In this document: one piece after another, positions 19,324-28,130 of the stretch | How positions within the stretch are numbered: the stretch's first letter is position 1 | Layout: the number at the start of each line of letters is the position of its first letter | From: Bacteroidales bacterium | Lineage (GTDB): Bacteria > Bacteroidota > Bacteroidia > Bacteroidales > UBA4417 | Reading direction: 5' to 3' | Length of the DNA stretch: 64,000 nt | Assembly (NCBI GenBank): GCA_035403165.1 | Contig: DAONEP010000003.1 | Span: forward strand, 32,888-96,887 | Position numbers and translations under genes: made by a program | Notes under the pieces: model-generated | The model's database searches: none | Told to the model about the DNA's origin: nothing | The model's input: the letters and a program-made list of their open reading frames with translations, nothing else

Positions 19324-20337
19324 TCAATTCTTTGCATCAAATTGCTTGTAATCAACCAATATGCTCATGCCAGGACGGAGTCCGTCAACTTTTTCAACCG
19401 GTTCGGCGTGTACCTCAAAGGTTTTAACATCGAAACCACCGTTGTTTTTTGTCGGTTTGAAGGTGGCATAACTGGCCATGGCTTTTATATAATTAACTTT
19501 GAGGTTGATGCACTTGTTGCCCAGGGCCGGAACAGTTCCGGTGAACCGGCTTCCCATTTTAATGGTCGGAAGCAGGTCTTCACGTATGTTAAAAACTACC
19601 CAGATATCGTTCAGGTCAACAATGCTCATGATCGGGGCGCCTGAGCCTACCAGTTCTCCCTGTTTTGGGAAGATATCCGAAATTTCACCATCAATGGGCG
19701 ATTGGAGCATGGTTTCCGACAGGTAGGATTTTACTTCCGAAACGGCTCCTTTGGCGCGGTTTACCAACGCGGCAGCCGCCAGTTTATCTTCCTGTTCGGC
19801 GCCGTTTAAAGCCATATCATACTGCGATTTTGCAGCTTTTGAAGTAGCGATGGCTGCCTGGTAGTTGGCTTCGGCTTCGTCGCGTTTCTGGGCAGGAACC
19901 ACGCCTTCATTAAACATATTCTGAACCCTGTCGAAGGTCTTCTTTGCCAATGATACGCCTACTTCAGCTTTCTGCCATAACTCGTATGCGCCGGCAATCT
20001 GTTCGGCACGTGCGCCTTTTTTTGCTTTCATGCTTTGGGCAGCGGCGGCATCTTCGGCGGAGGTAGCCTGTAAAAGCTTGGCATTCAGTTCGGGGCTGCT
20101 GAGGAAGACAAGGGTATCTCCCTTTTTCACTTCAGTGCCTTCCGAAACATTAAATTTCTCAATACGGCCGGGAACTTTACCGGATACGCGGACTTCGGTG
20201 GCTTCGGCTTCTCCCTGCAATATAACGGGCTCGGGCTTTAGAATGATCCATCCGATTATGCTGACTACAGCGATTACCAGAAGCAAGGTTAAGAATGCAA
20301 CGAGCATGCCTGAATGTCTTTTATTCATTGTTTTCAT
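19324..20337 (-). CDS. HlyD-family membrane fusion protein
   Basis: N-terminal TM anchor, lipoyl-like halves (VSGKVPGRIEKFNVSEGTEVKKGDTLV) flanking a coiled coil, and a beta-barrel C-terminus. Confidence 0.85.
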   Translation of the reverse strand: MKTMNKRHSGMLVAFLTLLLVIAVVSIIGWIILKPEPVILQGEAEATEVRVSGKVPGRIEKFNVSEGTEVKKGDTLVFLSSPELNAKLLQATSAEDAAAAQSMKAKKGARAEQIAGAYELWQKAEVGVSLAKKTFDRVQNMFNEGVVPAQKRDEAEANYQAAIATSKAAKSQYDMALNGAEQEDKLAAAALVNRAKGAVSEVKSYLSETMLQSPIDGEISDIFPKQGELVGSGAPIMSIVDLNDIWVVFNIREDLLPTIKMGSRFTGTVPALGNKCINLKVNYIKAMASYATFKPTKNNGGFDVKTFEVHAEPVEKVDGLRPGMSILVDYKQFDAKN

Positions 20338-20383
20338 TGTGATTGATGTTATTGGTTATGAATTCGTTTCTGTTTTTTGATGG

Positions 20384-21907
20384 TTATTTGATATTGGAGA
20401 GGGTAAGGTCTCCGGTAGCTTTGTAGCACTCCAGAACCGATTGGCGCTGAGCAAATATTGCCTGAAGGTATTCAAGCTCCGAATTCTGCATTTCGGTTTC
20501 GGCAGCCAGCCTTTCGGTGATGTTCAGCATGCCCTCGTTATATGATTTCTGAGCCAGGTCAAGGGCCATACGGGCAGCGCGAAGTTGTTTTTCCTTGAAT
20601 TCGACCTGTGAAACAGATGCCGAATAATTTGTTATGGCTTTCGATTGGTTGAGCTGCAATAATTCGGTTGCGGAATTTTTTGCATTCTCGGCTTTCTGAA
20701 GATCAAGCTGGGCCTGACGAACCTTGGAAGAACCAGCGGAACGGTCGAATACATCCCATTTAAATCCGACGCCAACCAGGAATGTAGGGCCAAAATTCAG
20801 GTTGTTGATTTTGGTTTCTACCTTCATGGGATCTGTCATATCAACATCAGCATTAAAAATATTATCGTACCTGGCTGATGCTATGGCCTGGACTTTAGGC
20901 AGATAATTCGATTTTTCTGATTTTACCAGGAATTTCTGGGCTTCCACGCCTGCCGAAAGAGCCTTTAATTCGGGCCTGTTGTTAATATCGGAATTTGTTT
21001 TGGCGTATAGCAGCGGCTCAAGCTCCGGGTTTATGTTTTCGAAGCTTTCGGCCGGTTTTCCGGTAAGTTGCGACAGCTTTTGATGCAGCATTGTTTTCTT
21101 GCTTTCGTACTCCGACATCTTTGCGTTGAGGTTGGCCTCGGCCACGGCAATTTTCAGGGTATCAAACGAGGTAGCCATGCCATTGTTCAGGGCCGAATAG
21201 GCAAACTTTTTCTCTGCGTCAAGCCGGGCAGCCGATTCATCAAGCACTTTTTTCGATTGGTTCAGGAGCGCAAGCTGATCATAACAGGTAATTACTTCGC
21301 CGATAACATCCGAGGTGCATTTTTCGGTAAGCGCGTCCTGAGCTTTGATTTTTTGGTCCAGTGCTTTGACTGCGTTAGGGACCTTCCCGCCGCTGTATAA
21401 AAGCATTTTTACACTGGCATCGATTCCGAAATAGTTGCCGTACAGTTTCCCGGCCACTTTATCGGTGATCGTGGGGAGTTGTATTCCTTGTTGCATCAGC
21501 AGTTGCTGAAGGTTTGAAATTTCGCTGCTCAGTTGAGCCAGGGTCGGGAACATGGCAGGGAAAGCCGGGGTTTGCATGAAAGCGTTTAGTTGGTCCTTGA
21601 GTTGGTACAAACTTTCAAATCCGGTTATCTTATCAATATCCGAATCAAGAAAGGAATAAGCAAACATATATTTACCACCGACTTCCACTTTCGGGATATA
21701 AGCTGACCGAACAGCTTTCTGTTGAACTCCGGTAATTTCTTTTTCAATGTTTTGATTGGCAACATTGTAATCCTTACTTACCGAGAGGGTAATTAATTCC
21801 CTCAATTCTGGAGATACGCCGATCATTTGTCCGTTTACCCCGATTGTTAAAGCAGTCAGGGCAATTGTAAGCGTCAGATTCAGGAGCTTTGTTTTCATTT
21901 TGTGCAT
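20384..21907 (-). CDS. TolC-family outer membrane efflux protein
   Basis: Signal peptide and two tandem OEP repeats with long coiled-coil segments. 507 aa. Confidence 0.85.
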   Translation of the reverse strand: MHKMKTKLLNLTLTIALTALTIGVNGQMIGVSPELRELITLSVSKDYNVANQNIEKEITGVQQKAVRSAYIPKVEVGGKYMFAYSFLDSDIDKITGFESLYQLKDQLNAFMQTPAFPAMFPTLAQLSSEISNLQQLLMQQGIQLPTITDKVAGKLYGNYFGIDASVKMLLYSGGKVPNAVKALDQKIKAQDALTEKCTSDVIGEVITCYDQLALLNQSKKVLDESAARLDAEKKFAYSALNNGMATSFDTLKIAVAEANLNAKMSEYESKKTMLHQKLSQLTGKPAESFENINPELEPLLYAKTNSDINNRPELKALSAGVEAQKFLVKSEKSNYLPKVQAIASARYDNIFNADVDMTDPMKVETKINNLNFGPTFLVGVGFKWDVFDRSAGSSKVRQAQLDLQKAENAKNSATELLQLNQSKAITNYSASVSQVEFKEKQLRAARMALDLAQKSYNEGMLNITERLAAETEMQNSELEYLQAIFAQRQSVLECYKATGDLTLSNIK

Positions 21908-22056
21908 TGTTATCAGTTTTCTTTCTTTTTTACGCGGTTATATTTCTTGTTTTTTAAGCCTTTTTTGGGGCAGAATCAGGAGTGAAATGGAAGTAATTTT
22001 AAGCATTTGGGTTTTGGACTAAAATGGTAGAATGGTCGATTACAGTGTAAAAAAAA

Positions 22057-22638
22057 TTACCTTTTTAAAAGTCCGTAAAATAAAATGCTGATCAGGTTAT
22101 CGATCCTTTTCTCTATATCCTGTTCATTGCCTTCGACAAACAGGGGGATCTCAAGCCCTTTCATGGCGGTAACGATGGCAACGGCAGCGAGGTTGGTATA
22201 TTCAATATTGAACTCCCCGTTGGATACACCTTCTTTCAGGATGTTTTCAAACATCATGATTTCTTCCTGATCATATTTATTACGGATGTTGTTTACAAAT
22301 TCAAGATGGCTCAGGTAATCGTTTTTCATGACATCATAAAAATTTGCCAGTTTTTTGAAAGCGTTCATCCTGACAAGAATGTATGATTTCAATTTTTCAC
22401 GCGGGTCTGATACTTTCGAAACGGCTTCAGAGAGTTCATTCTTGAGCAATTCGGCCTCTTTTTCAACAACAGCCTGGAAGATGTCTTCCTTGCTGTTGAA
22501 ATAATAGTAAATAGAACTTTTACCTTTCCGGGTTGCCAGGGCAATTTCATCCATGGTGGTTTTCCTGAAACCAAACCGGCTGAATATGTGTCGGGCTACA
22601 TTAATGATGGTATCTTTTACTTCGTCTTTGTCCAGCAT
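22057..22638 (-). CDS. TetR/AcrR family transcriptional regulator
   Basis: HTH region FSRFGFRKTTMDEIALATRKGKSSIYYYFNSKEDIF. Start moved to ATG 22638 (MLDKDEVKD) because a -7 box lies inside the longer track ORF. Confidence 0.85.
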   Translation of the reverse strand: MLDKDEVKDTIINVARHIFSRFGFRKTTMDEIALATRKGKSSIYYYFNSKEDIFQAVVEKEAELLKNELSEAVSKVSDPREKLKSYILVRMNAFKKLANFYDVMKNDYLSHLEFVNNIRNKYDQEEIMMFENILKEGVSNGEFNIEYTNLAAVAIVTAMKGLEIPLFVEGNEQDIEKRIDNLISILFYGLLKR

Positions 22639-22677
22639 AACATTAGCGATAGTTGTGTATTCTTTTTTCTGAGGCCG

Positions 22678-22685
22678 CAAAATTA
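22678..22685 (-). promoter_or_regulatory. -7 promoter box (TAATTTTG on minus strand) upstream of tetR
   Basis: Plus strand reads caaaatta. 40 nt upstream of ATG 22638. Confidence 0.4.
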
Positions 22686-22909
22686 TATCAAGAAATAATC
22701 CGATGCAATTTTTTTTCGAATTATTTAGTCGAAAAGTCGAAAAAAAATCAGAATAAGTTTTAAGTAATTGATAATCAATATAAAACAACTGAGGCCCCGA
22801 TGAACATAGCTGAAATCATACAATGACTTTAGTCAAGACAAAAAATGCCCTGCTTATACAGGCAGGGCACATATGTATCAGGACATTTCAGGATTTATAC
22901 AGGCATAAC

Positions 22910-23446
22910 CTACTTTAGCCCTGTGAATTGTTTCCAGGTCATGGTTTTATATGAGCCGGATCCGATGTATTTCAGGATGGGCAACATGTCGCTGGCCTGC
23001 ATGTATCCCTGGGTAAGGGTAATAGTTTTACCCTTTTCATCCAGGTAAATGTAGGTCGGATAGCCAATCCTTTGTTTAGCCAGCACACCGGGCAGTTGAT
23101 GCGTGGAACGCTGTGCGGAAGGATTTGGATTAATATAAGTATCGTCGAGGTATTTGATCGGGTTTTTGTCTTCGGCATTCAGTTTTATGGCAATAAAGCT
23201 TTCATTTACATACCTGACAATGTTTTTGTCCGAAAATGTCTCTTTATCCATTCGTTTGCACCATCCGCACCATTCGGTATATACGTCAACCAGGACAGGC
23301 AGTTTTTTCTTTTTTGCCATCTTCATGCCTTCTTCAAAGCCATACCACTTTATAGCCGGTTCGGAAGATTTTGGCGGCGCTTTCTGGGCCATGGAACCCG
23401 ATGCTGCCAGAATTAGTGCGAAAATAATCAGGAATGTACGGTTCAT
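22910..23446 (-). CDS. thioredoxin-fold protein (secreted)
   Basis: Signal peptide. CxxC active site in YTEWCGWCKRMD. Confidence 0.7.
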   Translation of the reverse strand: MNRTFLIIFALILAASGSMAQKAPPKSSEPAIKWYGFEEGMKMAKKKKLPVLVDVYTEWCGWCKRMDKETFSDKNIVRYVNESFIAIKLNAEDKNPIKYLDDTYINPNPSAQRSTHQLPGVLAKQRIGYPTYIYLDEKGKTITLTQGYMQASDMLPILKYIGSGSYKTMTWKQFTGLK

Positions 23447-23503
23447 ATTATGTTGTAACGAAATAGGCTGATATTTTTATCACTCGATTGAGGAAAGTAA
23501 TCG

Positions 23504-23956
23504 CTATATATGCCGATCGATTTCGCGCTGCTGGTCTTTCGATTTCAAGGTTTCGCGCTTGTCATACAATTTCTTGCCCTTGGCGATGGCTATCGTCAGT
23601 TTGGCAAACCCATCCTCGTTCACGAAAAGTTCCACCGGTATGATGGTGATGCCCTTGTCTTTTAATTTTTGCTGCAGCTTCCTGATCTCCTTTTTGGTAA
23701 GTAGCAGTTTGCGGGGACGTTTTGGCTCATGGTTCAGATAACTCCCGAACTTGTACTCGGAAATATGCATGTTCAGCACAAAGAGCTCGCCGTTATCGAA
23801 GGTACAATAACTGTCGGTGAGGTTAGCTTTCCCTTCGCGGATCGATTTTATTTCAGTGCCGGTCAATACAAGCCCTGCAGTAAATTGCTCCTGCAAATAG
23901 TACTCAAATCCTGCTTTTTTATTCCGGATGCTTATTTTTCGGTTTTCGGTCGACAT
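23504..23956 (-). CDS. smpB: SsrA-binding protein SmpB
   Basis: 150 aa, [10 protein letters not shown]...[14 protein letters not shown]...RKLLL.KKEI. Typical SmpB. Confidence 0.95.
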   Translation of the reverse strand: MSTENRKISIRNKKAGFEYYLQEQFTAGLVLTGTEIKSIREGKANLTDSYCTFDNGELFVLNMHISEYKFGSYLNHEPKRPRKLLLTKKEIRKLQQKLKDKGITIIPVELFVNEDGFAKLTIAIAKGKKLYDKRETLKSKDQQREIDRHI

Positions 23957-24009
23957 GGCGCAAAGGTAGCAATTGTTTTAACGGGCATGATGCCCGGATA
24001 GTATAAGGC

Positions 24010-26454
24010 TTAAAGCTTTAAGGTTATACCTGCTGTAACGTTGATACCGGCCTGGGGAAAATATCCATCCAGCACTTTATAGTTCCCTTCGGAATAGTAT
24101 CGGTAAACCCATGCATTGGATTCATAACGATAATTAAAAAGGTTGTTAATCATTATGTTAAAGGATAATTCATCACATATTCGTGGTTTCAGGGTGTAAC
24201 CGGCCTGAAAGGAGTTTACAAAGTACGGATGGAGGCTTCTTTCTTTAGCCTGGGTGTTGTCGATATATTGCCGCCCGACATATTTGCCTGATAACCAGAA
24301 TGATAGTTTCTGTAAAGGCGAGTAAATGATTTCACTGTTTGCCAACACGGCAGGGGAGAAGCAGAGATCGGTATTATGGTGCTCGACCGGTATCTGTGTC
24401 CAGTCATCCCAGTTATCAATGTATTCGGTGAATGAAATAATCTTGTTCCGGCTTAACGTAACCGAAGCAATCCATTCTAGCTTTTCTGAAAGCAGCCACT
24501 TAGAAGATATTTCCAGGCCCAGCCGGTAACTCTCAGGAACATTGACCATTACGGCTGAACCTACATCATTGATGGCTCCTGTAAGGGCAAGCTGGTCATG
24601 GTAATACATGAAATAAATGTTGGACGTGATCTCAGCCTTGGATGTTTTCAGGTTATGCCCTGCTTCAAGGTTATATAATTTTTCCCGGGTAGGTTCAGGT
24701 TGGTTTGGATCAGCATCTGTGAAATTGTCGCGGTTGGGTTCGCGATTGGCAATTGCAGCAGAAGCATAAAAACTGTTGCTGCTGTTTGCCTGGTAATAAA
24801 TACCGGCTTTTGGGTTGTAAAAGTCAAAATGATGCTGTTGCGTTATATCACGCGCATCGTCATCTATACCATCAATCAGGTAATCAATATGCCGATACTG
24901 CAGGTCGAGGTACAGATTGAGCCGGTTGCCTGCCTGGTAATTAATTTTTGAATAGAAATTCAGGTCTGATTTATCCCCGTTGTTCCGGTACCATTCCTGA
25001 TCCTTCAGGGCATTTCCGGCAAATTGAGTCCAGATTACAGTCCCGTAATGATTGCCGTCGTAACGGTTCCATGATCCTCCAAAAGTAGCCTGGAAACGTT
25101 TTTTGTGATAATTAAGGGAATACGTAAATCCGTAGAAATCATTGTCCATATACTTTCGCCTGATCAGATCACATTGGTTGATAAGGCTGTCGGGTTCGCT
25201 GATAGTATCGCTTCCGATAATATAGTAAGGCTGCTGCAACCTAAGCGGTTCAATGCCATAGCTGCTCAGTTCGTCGTCATCGCGGAATTGTTCATAGTAA
25301 CCAAATCCTTTTGTATAATGAACGGATCCTGCCATATAAAGCTTGCTGCTGAACTGATGCGCCAGGTGCAACTGATAGTGGGTTTGCAGATAGTTATCGG
25401 TTTCATTGTCGTAAAAACGAAGATTTCCTTTGCTGTCGTAATACATTCCCATTCCGTTATACCTGCGGTTGGTATCGAGAATGGAAGAAGGAATCCCGTC
25501 CCATGCCTGGTAAGTTTTTTCGTTACCGGAGAACGTGGTCATCCTGATTAGATTTTTCTGATCGGTATATGTGCCCGACAGGTAATAGGATTGCAGGTCA
25601 ACGGAGGCCCGGTCAATGTAACCGTCGGATGAGAGCTTCGACAGGCGGCCCTCCAGGTTCCAGTGATTTTTCATCAGGCCGGTGCCGAAATTGAGGGTGT
25701 TTTTAAAGGTGTTGTATGAACCCGTTGACGAATTGAATACGGCATATGGTTCAGGATCAGATGTTTCAGTCTGAAGATTGATACTTGCCCCGAATGCGGC
25801 AGCTCCGTTGGTGGAGGTTCCTACGCCTCTCTGTATCTGGATGGAATTGGTCGAAGAGGCAATATCCGGCAGATCGACCCAGTAAACTTCATGCGATTCG
25901 GCCTCGTTGAGCGGTATCCCGTTAATGGTAACATTGATGCGCGTCATATCGGTTCCCCGGATGCGCAACGAGCTGTATCCCATTCCGTTGCCGGCATCGG
26001 AACTGGTAACAACCGATGTTGCGTTCCCGATGAGAAAAGGAATATCGCGACTCAGGTTCCCCTGAGCAATCTCATTCTTTGATATGGTCTGGCTGGTCAC
26101 AGGGTCGTTTGTGCCTGCACGTGTCGCCAGGATAATAACCTCATCCTGAACAAAAACAGTTGGCGAAAGCGTTATCGGGAGGTTAAGGGATTTATCCACC
26201 GTGATTTTTTCTTCATAATCCTTGTATCCAAGGTAGGTGACCTTGATAGTATAAATGCCTTTTTTAACATTGCGGAGAACAAAGCTTCCGGTTTGATCGG
26301 TAATGGCTGAATTGTATGTCCCGGAGAGCATGATATGGGCGCCGGGCAGCGTCTCATTTCCGGTTTCGCCGGTGATTTTTCCGGAAACGGTAAATTGGGG
26401 AAAGGCCAGTAAGGGCATAAATGCCAGTACGACAGAGAGAAAGTGTAGTTTCAT
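24010..26454 (-). CDS. TonB-dependent receptor with N-terminal carboxypeptidase-regulatory-like domain (thiamine-related uptake inferred from the riboswitch)
   Basis: Signal peptide, CarbopepD_reg-like domain (VSGKITGETGNETLPGAHIML), plug domain and a large barrel. 814 aa. A TPP riboswitch lies directly 5'. Confidence 0.85.
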   Translation of the reverse strand: MKLHFLSVVLAFMPLLAFPQFTVSGKITGETGNETLPGAHIMLSGTYNSAITDQTGSFVLRNVKKGIYTIKVTYLGYKDYEEKITVDKSLNLPITLSPTVFVQDEVIILATRAGTNDPVTSQTISKNEIAQGNLSRDIPFLIGNATSVVTSSDAGNGMGYSSLRIRGTDMTRINVTINGIPLNEAESHEVYWVDLPDIASSTNSIQIQRGVGTSTNGAAAFGASINLQTETSDPEPYAVFNSSTGSYNTFKNTLNFGTGLMKNHWNLEGRLSKLSSDGYIDRASVDLQSYYLSGTYTDQKNLIRMTTFSGNEKTYQAWDGIPSSILDTNRRYNGMGMYYDSKGNLRFYDNETDNYLQTHYQLHLAHQFSSKLYMAGSVHYTKGFGYYEQFRDDDELSSYGIEPLRLQQPYYIIGSDTISEPDSLINQCDLIRRKYMDNDFYGFTYSLNYHKKRFQATFGGSWNRYDGNHYGTVIWTQFAGNALKDQEWYRNNGDKSDLNFYSKINYQAGNRLNLYLDLQYRHIDYLIDGIDDDARDITQQHHFDFYNPKAGIYYQANSSNSFYASAAIANREPNRDNFTDADPNQPEPTREKLYNLEAGHNLKTSKAEITSNIYFMYYHDQLALTGAINDVGSAVMVNVPESYRLGLEISSKWLLSEKLEWIASVTLSRNKIISFTEYIDNWDDWTQIPVEHHNTDLCFSPAVLANSEIIYSPLQKLSFWLSGKYVGRQYIDNTQAKERSLHPYFVNSFQAGYTLKPRICDELSFNIMINNLFNYRYESNAWVYRYYSEGNYKVLDGYFPQAGINVTAGITLKL

Positions 26455-26529
26455 TGGTTGATTTTGTTAAGTTAAACCTTGAATGAAGAATGGGGGCAAT
26501 CCGCATGAAGCGGATCATTCAAAGTTTCC

Positions 26530-26610
26530 CTTTTTCCCTACGCCGGTATTACCCGGATCAGGTAGTATGGGTTTGATCTCAGCCCGTAATTTAGGGCACC
26601 CCTATTCAGA
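26530..26610 (-). promoter_or_regulatory. TPP (THI-box) riboswitch
   Basis: The minus strand reads GGGGTGCCCTAAATTACGGGCTGAGATCAAACCCATACTACCTGATCCGGGTAATACCGGCGTAGGGAA. This matches the THI element consensus (GGGGTGC..CTGAGA..ACCC..ACCTGATCyGGnTAATnCCrGCGnAGGGA). Confidence 0.88.
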
Positions 26611-26700
26611 AAATCTGCCGCAAAATTATAAAATGCATCCGTGAAAAAGCAAAGGAAGTTTAAATATTTACCTATGCTTAAGAATATCAATTGATTAATA

Positions 26701-27390
26701 TCAAAGATAGGAGGCAATATCAGACATCTCTCTTTTATAATGAAACCGGATGACGGCTTGGGGCAGATCAATAATGCCGGTTTTGCAATGCTCGATGACT
26801 GACGAATCTGACGTGGCGATAAGTCCCGAATCAAGCATTTTCAGGTAATGATCGGGAGACGGGAGGGTAATAGCTGAACCTTTTATTTCATAGTGGTTTA
26901 GCAGGATGTTGATTTTTTCACAAAGTTCCCCGCTATGGCTGACCGGTTTATCGAAAAAGAAATTTATTTCCCGGGGCTGATTGGATTGCAGATACGAGAA
27001 AATCAGCAGGATCGCCTTGTTGAAAAGTTCGTTCCGGAATGCTTTTCCATGAATCTCCGATGCGTCGCGTACAAAATGATCGCTGCTGATGAAAACAAGA
27101 TTTCCGTTCAGGTAGCTTCCGATGGTGATCAGCACGTTATAACCGTCGATGTTCAACACTGAACCGGTCACTGAATCCGGGCTAACCAGCTTTGCCGCCC
27201 TCCCGGCCGATTCCCGGGCTGACGAAATACCCCGGTACAACACCGACCTTTCCACAGAACTTAAGGCGTAACGGTCTCCGATTAGTTTCAGGATTGCCTT
27301 TTGCGGGTAATTATGTTCAAGTAAATACAGATAATCCTTTGCCGCATCCCTGAACTTTAACCCGATGCCCGTGTTTTTTTCTCTGGCCAT
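26701..27390 (-). CDS. hypothetical protein (DUF434-like N-terminus; possible PIN/NYN-like C-terminal half)
   Basis: Start taken at MAREKNT. VLNIDGYNVLITIGS and a later IATSDSSVIEH resemble the acidic motifs of NYN/PIN-like nucleases. The family name is recalled from memory, not searched. Confidence 0.45.
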   Translation of the reverse strand: MAREKNTGIGLKFRDAAKDYLYLLEHNYPQKAILKLIGDRYALSSVERSVLYRGISSARESAGRAAKLVSPDSVTGSVLNIDGYNVLITIGSYLNGNLVFISSDHFVRDASEIHGKAFRNELFNKAILLIFSYLQSNQPREINFFFDKPVSHSGELCEKINILLNHYEIKGSAITLPSPDHYLKMLDSGLIATSDSSVIEHCKTGIIDLPQAVIRFHYKREMSDIASYL

Positions 27391-27601
27391 TCTGCATCTG
27401 TTCCGGAAAATCGAGGTGCTTATTGCACCGCACATCAAAATTAGTCATTCAACTCATTTTATAACCGGGGATGGCATTATATTTCACACGATTTCAAGGC
27501 GGATTGATACCCCCGGGCTGGAATTTGCAGAACAGTCCGGCATAATTAAAACAGCATTCCGGCAATTACCGGTGATTCTATGGGCGCTGCCTGAAAATGG
27601 T

Positions 27602-27609
27602 TAAATTTG
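27602..27609 (+). promoter_or_regulatory. -7 promoter box TAAATTTG upstream of aroQ
   Basis: Exact TAnnTTTG match. It lies inside the 5' extension of the track ORF, which favours ATG 27630. Confidence 0.45.
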
Positions 27610-27629
27610 TGGCTGTCAACACGTCTTTT

Positions 27630-28043
27630 ATGAAAATTCTCATTATCAATGGTCCCAACCTTAACCTGTTAGGGCGGCGGGAACCTGAAATATACGGCGG
27701 TCAATCATTTGAATCATATCTCGAAAGGCTGAAGAATATGTTTCCTGAAATCATGATCGAGTGTTTTCAATCAAATGTTGAGGGTGAAATCATCAATAAA
27801 TTGCAGGAAGCCGGATTTACTTACCAGGGTATTGTGCTGAATGCCGGCGGGTATTCGCATACTTCGGTTGCTATCGGCGATGCTATCCGTTCAATATCAG
27901 CCCCCGTAGTTGAAGTTCATATTTCCAATATTATGGCCAGGGAAGATTACCGCAGCCGTTCGGTTATTTCGGGCGGTGTGAAAGGCATCATTTCAGGATT
28001 CGGGCTCGATTCGTACCGGCTGGCTGTTTTAAGCCTGATATAA
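27630..28043 (+). CDS. aroQ: type II 3-dehydroquinate dehydratase
   Basis: MKILIINGPNLNLLGRREPEIYG...NAGGYSHTSVAIGDA...EVHISNI. Canonical AroQ motifs. Confidence 0.92.
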   Translation: MKILIINGPNLNLLGRREPEIYGGQSFESYLERLKNMFPEIMIECFQSNVEGEIINKLQEAGFTYQGIVLNAGGYSHTSVAIGDAIRSISAPVVEVHISNIMAREDYRSRSVISGGVKGIISGFGLDSYRLAVLSLI

Positions 28044-28130
28044 GCGTAAAAGAAACAGGAACAGAACACCTCTGAAGATCCGTTTCTCTTGAAGGATGAG
28101 TACGAAATAAAAAATGTTGCTGAGAGTATT

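Noticed and set aside
26538-26834. 98-aa ORF on the - strand
   Set aside because: It spans the TPP riboswitch and overlaps the 3' end of the upstream gene in another frame.
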